The notes under the pieces are model-generated. The model was not told the DNA's origin. It did no database searches and saw nothing but the letters and a program-made list of their open reading frames with translations. From NCBI RefSeq assembly GCF_963853765.1, contig NC_088858.1, forward strand, positions 10,726,001-10,790,000: DNA of 64,000 nt, given 5' to 3'. The position numbers were made by a program, and so were the translations under genes. Of this stretch, positions 23,466 through 35,124 are shown one piece after another. How positions within the stretch are numbered: position 1 is the first letter of the stretch; the number at the start of each line of letters is the position of its first letter. The stretch comes from Magallana gigas. Its lineage: Eukaryota.

Positions 23466-25899
23466 ATGGATTTAGGACCCTACGATAACGTGGAGTTTCC
23501 GGTCCAGCGACAAGGGGCGATAAATTCCTGGGAGGGCGCGTCCGGGTACTCGAGCCCTCAACCCAAACCTTACACCCAGGCTGTGATGCGGGACAAAGTG
23601 ACGTCATCTCTCGCCCCCGTGTTTGAGAATGACGATGGGTCCGAGAATTCGGAACTTCCTAAAGTCGAGGACCAGAGACAAAAGGTAGTTGTGACTCCAG
23701 CCCCAGAACCCATTCCCGTCGAAAAAAAGGTACGTGGACACCCACTGCTACCGTACTAGTCATTGATAGGGGGAGGGGGTAATATGAAACATTTCATTAA
23801 ATTTAAAAAAAAAATTGAAGAAACTTTGATTTTGACGGTTCTCTGTTACATTTTTCTCTTCAAAAGTTCTTATCTTCAATTAATAAACAGCATGTTCCCA
23901 ATTTTTTGTTTATGCTGGGCTTCATATGCACATTCTTTAGAGGAGAAATGAATTGCAGACTGTTTACTGTGAATTTAACCCACAGAATCATATGTCAGGA
24001 ATGTTCTATCGGGGATTACATCAACTCTCGCATTCAGATTAAAGAAAGAAGATGTATGTATTGAAATAATCAGAGCTGATCGCCGTCTCCATAAAAATTT
24101 ATGAATGAAGACGAATGATTAAAGCATACAAATGAACCTTATTTTACACACTGGTTAAGGATGCTTTGACGTGGGGAAGACATTCCTAGATTTATTACAA
24201 ACTGGAGAGAGATAGGGTAATTTTATGTCAAATTTCCCTGTCCCTCCCCCAACTTTGTCTCTCGTGGCTTCATGTGCTCATTAACGCAGTTAAAGAACTC
24301 TGTTTATCTGACCGCAGAGCAAATAAACAAGGATGAATTAACTTAACGAGGGACCGTTTGTTGCAGATTTTATTTCATTAACAAGTATTGGTGTTGAGCG
24401 ATTAAGAACTGTAGTACACATGTAAATGTCTTCTTAACAACTACTCAGATGAGGGGCTAATTATATTTTATACCGTGCTTGCGTTTTGCCGTATAACATC
24501 TGCCAAGGTAGACCGCATCCAGCAATGTCTTAGAGATCATTATGAACTCCAAGAAGACAGAGAGCAAATGTTTTCGCAGACAATAGAAGCAAGATATGAG
24601 TGAGATAGGACACGCAGCCAAAACAATAATGCGGAGGAGGGCTTAGTTTTCGATGCTAAATGGTGTTCACTTGGCACCAGAAACATGGAATCGATATAAC
24701 AATAAAACGCTTGTCAAAAATGAAGCACTGAGGGCACTTGTCTATATGCCGAAACGCTCTGTCGTTCGGTACAATGATTACATCTATATTGCGTTAGCTA
24801 GCAACGTATTCATGGCATGATATGAGTAACAAAATTGAATTTTGAAAATCGTTAATTACGAATTGAAAGGAATCTAACGTCAACTAAACGATGTATACTG
24901 GAGCCACTGGTGATTCTTTATTGGGACTTGTAGCCAGTTGCTTCTACATAAATACATTGCTCTGAATAGTATTATCAATGTAAACTAATGGTGGGGATAT
25001 ATGATATAATACAGCGGTACGACATGACATTAGACAGTCTTGGCAAAGAAACAAAGAGAACACAAAGAATTAGTGTCTGTCAGTACTCCTATGTTACAGT
25101 CACTCGTAAAGAATAAAAAAGTGCTGTACACGGAATGCTGCTAAAAAATTAAGGTGGGTCTGAAACTGCTGAGGCTTTTATCCACTTGGAGGTTTTTCTC
25201 ATCAACACGTGCAACTGTTGTATATCCTGCATGCATTACATTAAGCTATTGTAGGTCTCGCTTTAAACAAACTGCATTCCTTAAAAAATGAGACATAAAA
25301 AATAAGCTGCAGGTACATTAACCTTTATCTCTATCTCATTGCAGGAAACGGGAGTAAGTTACAACAAAGGGGTGTATGTTATCAACGAACCCAGCCAGAT
25401 GAACAACCACAAACCTCTACCCCTCGTACCCGCCACACCCAAACCATTACCATCACCCTCAGCCAACTCTAAGGTTAAGGACACAAAGACCGTCATCATT
25501 GAACAACCAAGATCCATAACAACGGCCTTGACCCGGGCCGATTTCAATCCAAGGTCACAACAGGTTCTTGACAAGGCCTACACAAGTCACAGACATTTCT
25601 ACAAGTTGAATGAGACCATTCTGGACCAAGCCAATGAGATGAAGGAGGATGTATGGGACTTGAAGGGACGGCCCGGAGAGATGCTGACCTATGAACAATT
25701 AATTCAAGGTAACAATGCATTGTGATGCTAGCAAGTTAAACCTCATCAATGTCAAGGTTGATTGTTACTTTCTTTATTGCTACGAAACAATTAACCTTGA
25801 CATTGTTAAGATGTTAGCCAATTCAAGTAAATCGTTGTGGCTACTTAAAGAAGAGAAGTTATTCGATTAATTTACATTTTGTAATAAGTGTCATGTTGT

Positions 25900-25937
<38 letters not shown>

Positions 25938-25958
25938 TACAACATGAGTCATGTTGTA

Positions 25959-25996
<38 letters not shown>

Positions 25997-28275
25997 ACAA
26001 CATGACATAAGGATTAAATCATCTTTAGTAATTGACAAACTTGAAGAAATCTTGTTTTTACAAAGATTTTCAAACCGAACATGTAAAAAGTTCTGTAATA
26101 CTAGAAGATAAAAAGGTATTATATAAATACAGTAAAGCTTGATGCGGGTTATGATGAATTCAAGTAAAATAAAATTTAAATTATACGAAACGATTATCAA
26201 ACATGCTATAAATAGAGTAAATGCATAACAGAAATTTCTGGGGTATTTCCAGCCACCTACACCTATGCTCCTAAAAAGATCGCTAAGCTATAGGTAAATC
26301 CGATCAGCAGATATACGATGTATACCTGCATGGCTGATGTTGATGGAATGTAAGAGCAGCTGTCGAGATTTTGTTTAAAAAACGTCTTCATCATATAAAT
26401 GAATGTGTAACATATTGCTGCCATATGTACTGAAAGCAAATGCTTTCATCTGAAATGGCATCTTCGCTGGTGAAGGATGACGAACTGCTATCTTCCTGTA
26501 GCTCTTATTGTTAAACTGTAGTTCCCATATAACAATACTGTTGAACTGGTTGGGTATCTAAGAATAAAAGACAATAAACTTAATGTATACAAGTAAAAAT
26601 AATCAAGTAAGTGAGGTCAAGTATGTGTTCATATCCTTTTATGGCTAGTAATTTCAATTACGAATTCGCTGTAAATATACAGTTTTTATTGTAAAATCAA
26701 AATTTTAAAATCCAACAGCTCCAGCAAGTTCGGTATAACCGACTTTAACTGTATTTAGTGGTTAGTTTTTAATTTCGCTAAAAATTTACGGCTTTCCATG
26801 CATGTTGGACCGAATAACTGAATGGTTGTTTTATCAGGCATGCTGGAGGAGGGGGAGATGTTAGTACTGGGGGGATCATGGCTGTACTACAATAACATCG
26901 ACTTTCTGGACGCAGAGGGGAAAGGTTCCATTAAGCCATCCATTGGGAAAGGTCGTCTATGCCTGACCAATCAACGACTGCTGATACTGTCTGCCGAAAG
27001 CGTGCTGGGTACGTCAAAAAAACACAGCATCGATTTCGTTGCATGCACTGGGCTAAGACTACGGCGAACGAGTGATAGCATTGTCCAAAAAATTTTCTTT
27101 GCTTCCACACCTCAGTGTACACGTATGACCAAAGAACCCATAAGCTCTTGAACTATTTAAAATTGTGCGTACCTCTGAATCAATGGTTCTTAGCTCTCTT
27201 TTGTAAATTTTAAAACAAATCTACATAGAGTTAGTTTATATAAGATATCGAGTTTAAAATATACACCTCTTTACGTTTGGATAATTACCGTCTAAAAGGC
27301 AAACATGTCGACTAATATAATTGATTATAAATTCATTATTTTGTTGGCAATAATTACAGACCATTCCATGTTCTGGACCAAATTATCAAGAATTAAGTAC
27401 GTTGGCTGTTGGTCATGCTGCTGAAGTATATGAACTGCATGTCATTCTGACCTTTGATTTGACCTTTGGTTTGACATTTGGGTTGTTTCAGATGCTGACC
27501 TGAGTGAGTACGGGGACCCCACGCGTACAGACGGGGGCTACAAGATCCAGATCGCCAAGTTTAACAGCGTCTACGTCCAGAACCTCCCGCTAGCCTGCTT
27601 ACAGGGCGTGGAACTCTCGGTCAGTGTCGGTACGGCCGAGGAGAGCCGAGTGTCCGTTAGAGACCCCGTATGTGACGGACTGTGCGCATGTTTCGGGGTA
27701 GGTTCACATCATGGTGTTCGAATGGACGTACATGTACATGTATTAGTTATAAAATAAGTGTTCCATATTAGTATAGCTAGTCATTTCTGATTCATTTCCG
27801 ATTAATTAAAATCAGTCACCCTCACCCATTCTAACAAAAAAAAAGATTTTTCAGCTTAGAATTCACTATCTTTTTTATGCTAATTTCCGCGAATCGATAT
27901 TACGGTATTTATTTTCCGATTCTCTTATTGAGAAGTGGACAGGCATATTGAAATTTAAAAGTACCCATTTTACGATCATAAAATATATGAATCTTATTCC
28001 AAACTAATTGAACTCCATAAATTTAGAAAGTTTCCTTTTTTTAACAGATTGGACGATGTGCCATCACCTGGAGGAGGTCTGATCCGCTCCCCATTCTCAT
28101 CAACCGGCGTGTCCTGACCCTTGGGGTGAAGATGCCACCGTGGCTGACCAAGACCTTGATCGTTGTTCACTTGAATCAAGAGATGCCATTGAACATGGCT
28201 AGAGACTTTGTCGCCAAACTTCACCACCACGCCCCTCTTTATAACGAGCGTGCGCAGGGCTACACCAGCGTGTGA
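23466..28275 (+). CDS. Uncharacterized ~410-aa protein with a Pro-rich N-terminus and a PH/GRAM-like C-terminal domain
   Basis: Five GC-elevated exons 23466-23729, 25345-25708, 26838-27008, 27492-27697 and 28048-28275, all GT-AG with matching phases (0,1,1,0) and no internal stops. Contains GKGRLCLTNQRLLILS and ends ..RDFVAKLHHHAPLYNERAQGYTSV*. Confidence 0.85.
25889..26007. mobile_element. Perfect 119-bp palindromic MITE with TGTCA termini and a 4-bp TSD (Ginger-like)
   Basis: Two 59-bp arms are exact reverse complements around one central base (G25948). TAAG lies directly on both sides (25885-25888 and 26008-26011). Confidence 0.8.
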
Positions 28276-29096
28276 CGGAGTCCCGTGTGTGTCTATAGGC
28301 AGTGTAGATTTGTAAATAAATTATCTAAATGCAGTGTTTTTTTGTTTTTTTTTTAGGGTTTAGGGAGTTTAGGATTTTTGAGACGCATTATTTTTATAAT
28401 ACATGCTTAGATCCAGAATTTTTTTTTATTTGGGTTTGCCGGGAGGGGGGGGGGGTCCAAAGCATATTTTCGGAAATTTTACTGTGTAAATTTAAAAAAA
28501 ATCTAGAACCGCAATTAATTAATTCCCTGAATTCAAAAGTTAGATTGAGTCAGAATGAATTTAGTACCATAATTATTTATTTTTTTTCGGAATGGTGTAA
28601 TGGTAATTTTTTCCCCAGTATAATTCTTTTCTAAAGAATAATTTTGTCTCTTTCACGACCTAGGCACTTGACTAAAAATTGTCTTGCATTGTTGGTTTGT
28701 TGTTTTACATCCTATTGAAGATTTTTACTCGTAAATGACATCGAAGGCACCGGGTATTCCATTCCCGACTCTATCAAATTTTAAAAATTTTCCCTTTAAC
28801 GTAAGAATATTGGTAGAAAAAAACCTTTGACATAACCGCTAAGTGTCGACACTTTTATTCTGATACGACAATGGTCTCTGTCCATCATTTAAATCGGATC
28901 CGAAAATGTAAGAGAATTTGGAGCTAGCTGGGGTATATAGACGAGGAATACTTTGTCCAATTTATTTAAAATATTTCGTTTACATTTTTTTAATATCTAA
29001 AGTTTGGAATGTTTGGGCGATTTACTCTTTAACACAGCTAAGAAGGTGTGTACAAGTTATTGCCGGAATTAATGATTATAAACTCCGAGAGAATTT

Positions 29097-29164
29097 TAAT
29101 ACCTACAGATGCAGGTGATGAAAGGTATTAATACCTACAGATGCAGGTGATGAAAGGTATTAAT
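29097..29164. repeat. Perfect 32-bp tandem duplication
   Basis: TAATACCTACAGATGCAGGTGATGAAAGGTAT twice, plus a partial third start. Confidence 0.9.
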
Positions 29165-29897
29165 GATATCCCGGAGATTCGTTTCTCTCTTTCAAGACGT
29201 ATTTTTAGGGACTGTAGATTCATTTCTTGCAACAACAAAAAAAATATGAAAATTAAAACTATCCTTTTTGCTGCATTGTTGTATTTATAATAATGGTATA
29301 CAGGGTTTATAATACAGATTATTTTCAACGCATTAAACTATGAATTTTATTCATCTTATGTGTGAATACTTAGTATTTGACTTTTAGCAAATTCTGTGTA
29401 GAGTTGATGTATGATTGCATCATTTCCCAGTTATCCAATACATTTCCGTTAATGAAATAAACTTGACTTCCTGCTTGTATCACAACGTGGCATACAGCTA
29501 TTAGCTGTTTTAATTACAAATGCAGAAAACAGTCTCTTTGTTTCTGAGTTCATAGATATCAAGAAACAGCTGTTGCAGGTGCTTACAGTAAAAAAAAAAT
29601 GCTCTTAAGCTTAATTGCTTTTAAGGTTTATCATAGTTTTATTATTGAGGTAAAGAAAACCCAGATCATAAATGTCAAATTTTTTATTCCTTTCAATGAA
29701 CACAGTTTTTACAAATGATGCAACAATTACAACGAATTGAACATCCAACGTCCAACAAAGATACATATCACAAACTAATACAGTACATGTAGTCATAACA
29801 AAAGGAGAAGGGAAAATTTCAAATAAAGTACAAATCGGTACAAAAAAATTTAATAAGAGTTGATGAAATTTGATGTTGACTTAGTCAACATCGAGAC

Positions 29898-32800
29898 TTA
29901 GTCAACATCGAGATCAAACATGATAGCATTGGAGAAGGAGAATGCACACTGGGTCTTGTGATCCATGGAGGTCAGGTCAGTGGTCCCGGGGGTCTGGGTC
30001 TCACCCCCAGGCACCGGATCCACCTTGGCCGTCTCCTCCCAGCTGAGGGAAGTCTTTACCCCCTCCTCTTGCTTCTCCGAGGAATCCCCTGGCCCTTCAA
30101 TCCCACTCTCCACTCCGGAATCTTCACCACTCTGCTTGGCAGATATTGTGGCCGACTTATCGAGCTGCTCCATGAAATTTGATTGCTTAGAATCACCAAG
30201 ATTTTTCGGTTTAGTCCGATAATCTAAAGATTTGTCTTTGATTATCACATGAACTTCCTTTTCCTTCTGATCACTCTCATCATCTTCTCCACCATCATCA
30301 TCACTATCATTGCCTTGCTCAGGCTCAGACATGGACAATTTCTCCTTGATGCTTTTTACAAGCTTGCTTTCAACACTCTCCGAGGCCACTTTACACGTCT
30401 CTATCACATTAGAGCTAATTTTATCTCCCTTTCCCATTTCTTTCATATCTTCTGCAACATCTTCCTTGATCTGATCTTGTGTGTTTTCGCTCTCTTTCAC
30501 ATCTTCCTCCTTATTTTCTCTGTCCTGATGGTCACCGTTTAATGCAATTTCGTCCTCCTCTAAAGCCTGTCTAGCCTCTAGTTCTTCTCCACTCGATGTT
30601 CCCTCTGAATACATAAACAGGCAAAAATTGAAACATCTTCTTAACCATTCTGAATTTCATATTAATTTTAATGCTAATTCAACAATAGCACACATCCATA
30701 CAGAAAACTTGTAAAGAACTTTTAAAGATATTTCTGAAATTCTATAATCAACAAAAACTAACCTGATCCTCCACTGTTGAGTCGCTGGCGGCCATTTTTC
30801 TTTTCCTCTCGCTTCCTGTTTCTGCGCCGTTTGCTCTTCAGGGCAGTTGTCATGGAGGTGACAGCAGCACCTGTGCGGAACGTTGTCTGATCTATGTGGT
30901 CATTGAACTTGACAGACTTCTTGAATCCAAACAGCTCATCTCTTGGACTGGTGGGACTACAGCTGCTATTAGAGCTAGCTAAGTCCTCGCTGGACTCTGA
31001 CACCGAACGCTGCTTCAAGATTCCATGTAGATTTGGAACTTCCAGATCGTGAACTACCTGCAACGGAATAGGACATATATGTGAAATAATCTAAAATATA
31101 ATATATCAAATATAATATATCAATGTTAAATTCATTTATAAGATTTATATTTATTAATTTTATACCTTCAATTTTCATAAACAACTTATGAACAAAAGAT
31201 GAAAAACAGTTCCTTTTAATAATCAATAATTGAAGAGCCTGATAATTATAATAATAAAGAATCCACTGAAAGAGCTGAACCCTCCGCACCTTGATGTCTG
31301 CAGATGGTGGACCTGGATCAACTGATGCTAGTTCTTCCTCCTCAGAATCGGTCAGTGGGGTAACAGTCCTACTGCTCGATGAAGACGATTGCGATGCTTT
31401 TACATTTTGCTGCTTATTTTTCTGAGAAAAAAAATCAATTTCAGATATATGCATTTCATTCAAATGTCTATAATATTGCATAATCTTGAATTTGTATCTA
31501 CTGTCAATTTTCATGCTGGCATCCTATAAATTTAAAGAAGATTTTCCATAGTTCCTATACAGTATAAACCAGTATATATTTGTAGGAGTTTAATACCTTG
31601 ATCTTTATTGACAACTTCTTTTTATTCATTTCAGTCACAACAACTGTGGGTGTATTTTCTGACTGTTCAGTCTCTTCCTCGGGCTCTGTGGTCAGTTGAC
31701 TGAGTTCTGTCTGAAGATTTTTCTCAGTAACGAACAAGTATTCCTACAAAACAAGGAAGTCAAATAGATAAAAACGAAAGTAAAATTCTTTGAAAAATGT
31801 TCATGGATATTTAAATCATAAAAATTATACTAATGCTTAATATGGAAAACATTTTATTTAATATGTGCTTTATTACTCTCGGCGAGATTCGTTGAGATTG
31901 AAAATTTTTGACCAATTTTTTTTATTCTCGACGCATCTTGCCGAGAGTAATGCTTTACATATTATATACATGTACTAGCTGCTTACAATGCTCACGTCAT
32001 CTTTTTTAAGCGGTTTATATGACACATTCCGTTATTGCAGAATTATACTCCCAACTTTCTTTAAAGACGAAGGGTTTAAAATGTATCGATTATTCATAAT
32101 CAAAGTAACCGTCATTATTTCAGACAAATTTAAGTAGGTCAATCAGCTGATTCACTTCCTTCGGTGAAATGATGCAACTGTCTTCCGTAACATTCAACAT
32201 TTCATTTTGTTCTCTATTAAATTTACATTTCTCATCTTGGTATGCTGTACAACTTTCTCATATATGCTATAAATTTATTAATGCTATGACCCATATAAAA
32301 TAGGAAGAGAGAAAGATCGCGTGCTTACCGTCAAGCTTCAACAATTCGAGGAATCTAAACCGTGTGTCAGCTAACAAATCGAGTCGTAAACGGTGATAAA
32401 TTATCGTGGAAATAAAATATAGTAAAATCCAAACGCCAGAGATTTGTGCAAGGTGTATATTTCAACGTCTTCTCAAGTCTAATTTCAGCCGACCAGAGTA
32501 ATTTGATGGAGTCCTTTGAGCATGCCTCGTACGATAAAAGTCAAGGTCAAGTCGGCTGCTTTGTAAACAATGAGCACCGTGACCACGTGGTGTGGACAGG
32601 TCAGCAATTGAAATCGATAGCTTTAAATGTGGCCTTTATATATATTGCGTATAGACAAGTTGATTTAAATTCGGATACGAAGACCATTGTACATTCTAAA
32701 TTTAAATTACGTGGAGTTTTCTTACTGGTCTCTTTAAATAGTAAACTCTTGCAGTTTCTAGATAATTCTATATGGATCTGATGAAATATTTATTGACCTA

Positions 32801-33015
32801 TATCTATGTTCAGTGTACTAATAAAGGACGACATGTGCGATATCCTTCATATTTTCTCACCGGCCTAAACATGTACTTGTATAATATATACCGACATTAA
32901 ATATGAATTCTGCAGAATCTGTGACAGTGTGTGTCAATATACATAAAAAAAAAACATGCACAAAAATTTATACAATGTACAATCAATATCTTTGGGAAGC
33001 CTAAGATCATCATGA

Positions 33016-33074
<59 letters not shown>

Positions 33075-34718
33075 ATATACCTGAAGTTGACCTTCACTGC
33101 TGCCTGCATAGAACTTATCCCAGTGTCTTCTTGCTTTCTTTTCCTTTAGGATAGTCAGTACAATATTAGCATCATTCACATCTGTAGAGCAATGCTCTGG
33201 TACAATGTCACAACCTTCCTCAAACTTGACAATGAACCTATAATATATGGGAAACCCCCCTGATCCCAATGATACAAACTGAACCTGACAACTGCAAGAA
33301 GATAAGTAAGTTACTGAAATAGAATCAGGGGAGACATTCCAAACATTTAAAACAAATGCAACTGCCTCTGTGTCTTGGCTAAATGTAAAGTCTGGAAAGC
33401 CATAAGCAATTTTGGGAACAGAAAGCGAAGTTGTTGTCTCTTCCTTTGGTTGCTCATTCTTGAGTGAAGAGGGAACTTCTGTTGCAGCATCAATTTCTTC
33501 TAAATCTGGTAAGTCATCATCTTGTGGAATTTCTTCAATCAATTTTGGTACATCTTCTCCCTGGTTTTGTAAAATCTGTTCCTCTTGGGGTTCTTCATTT
33601 TTGGTTCCAGAAAATGGCAACTCTAACTGCTCTTGTGGTAATACTGGTAAAGTTACAATCAAACAATGTTTATTTTTGTCAAATCTTGCAGACCCTTTCT
33701 CATCATCCACTGGGTATGGAAGATTGAGATCTAACTTGTATTCTGCTGGCTTTTCTGACGACAAAGTTAATCTTCTTTCAAAGACATCAAGCTCCACCTG
33801 TCTTGCAGAGTCTAGCAGCGGTAGTTCAATTTTGATTTCTAACTCATTTGGTCTTGTACTGGTCTTGGCATCTGGAGCATTACGATACTCCTGAAAGTCA
33901 ATATTTGACCTGTGGGTGATGGAGTACTTGGGTTCAGTTGGCCCCTCTCTTTTCTCTGGAATCTTAGATTTATTTCTTTGGGTTTCTATATTCTTCTTAT
34001 TTTTTACCTTTTCTCGCATTTCTTCACTTTTTTGGGCACTTGTTTTTTCATCATATGGATATGGTAAGTTCTTCAAAACACTGTCAATTTCTTCATTAGC
34101 AGTTTTTTCAGATGGTTTATCAGACTTTGATCGAATGACAGTTGCAACAGGCACGCCTTTGTACTTCATTTGCATTGATTTCAGATTTTTTCTATCAATT
34201 TTTACGCCAAATTGATTTTCAATCCCTTCTATAGCAGTGTCTTCAACAAGTTTCATGAATCTTGGATTCTCTCCCATTCTGTAGGTATCCGGATGAAATA
34301 CAACGTCGAAGACTTTGCATTTTCCACCAGATTTTACAATATCATCCCTCGGTGGGGAAAAGGAATGTGGTATTTGCCAATGTAAACCCCTGCGACCATC
34401 AGGACTCACCTGAGGTGTGGAAGTCGGAACATCTATTTTATCATTGGTACAGATGTTGATAAATGCCTTCGTATTACCGTCAACACTGGTTTTGATGCAA
34501 TGGCCAGGCTGGGGATGTACAAACTGGACATTCATCCCTCGTTCATTTTCCATTTGGGCGATCTCTTCCTCATATTTCTTTCTATTTTCAGGATCAGATA
34601 TTTCTTGCGCGTATTCAACAAATAGTTTTCTAAATTCTTCATTCTTCAGAGCCTCTCCAATACGCTTAACTTCGTCCGAAGAAAGATTCAGGTCATCTAG
34701 TCGGTCTTTGGACGCCAT
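29898..34718 (-). CDS. DNAAF2: Protein kintoun / dynein axonemal assembly factor 2 (PIH1 and CS domains, ~972 aa)
   Basis: Exons 34718-33081, 31743-31597, 31421-31290, 31057-30763 and 30604-29898 join in frame. The N-terminus MASKDRLDDLNLSSDEVKRIGEALKNEEFRKLFVEYAQEISDPENRKKYEEEI, the PIH core KAFINIC..WQIPHSFSPPR..FDVVFHP and the C-terminus FSFSNAIMFDLD match kintoun. Confidence 0.93.
31869..31951. repeat. Short hairpin / MITE remnant
   Basis: ATTACTCTCGGCGAGAT ... ATCTTGCCGAGAGTAAT inverted arms. Confidence 0.6.
33020..33069. repeat. (GA)n microsatellite just inside DNAAF2 intron 1
   Basis: GA dinucleotide run about 10 bp from the splice donor. Confidence 0.95.
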
Positions 34719-35124
34719 AGTTGTTTGAACATGCACCTTGGCGACTTAATCAGGATCGACTAAACGCTTTGAAACGTAATAATGTTCATCCGGATATTAC
34801 GGAAATTCAGCAGGTGCCCTTTAGTGATTTCGGCATTAAATTAAAGAATCATTGCACAGAATTCATCATAAATAAGACGTTTATTTCTAAGTTATCAATA
34901 ACAATAATAACATACATACTTAGCATTAAGATTCAAATATAGTACGTAGTGTCAATGACTTTTTGGAGCTGGAGTCGTTGCCTGTTTTGACCAATGAAAT
35001 GAACGCATGTGGAACTCATCGGTCCATAACTTACATTAAACATAATAAAACAAGAAAACCCCCGAAAACCTTGACACAGTATCTGGCACAATTCGGTTGC
35101 TGCTAGTTGGAAAAAAGAAGAAAA
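34719..35124. promoter_or_regulatory. Probable bidirectional promoter between DNAAF2 and ALDH6A1
   Basis: Divergent ATGs at 34718 (-) and 35125 (+), about 406 bp apart. Confidence 0.6.

Noticed and set aside
27994-28230. Minus-strand 78-aa ORF with a plausible-looking sequence
   Set aside because: Antisense to the last exon of the plus-strand five-exon gene, whose frame has proper splice sites and phase.
32446-32781. 111-aa ORF in DNAAF2 intron 1
   Set aside because: Non-ATG start, no recognisable domain and no supporting splice structure. Probably a TE remnant.
32934-33080. SLSLSL tail of the 600-aa DNAAF2 ORF
   Set aside because: Read-through into intron 1 across a (CT)n microsatellite. 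The real donor is at 33080.
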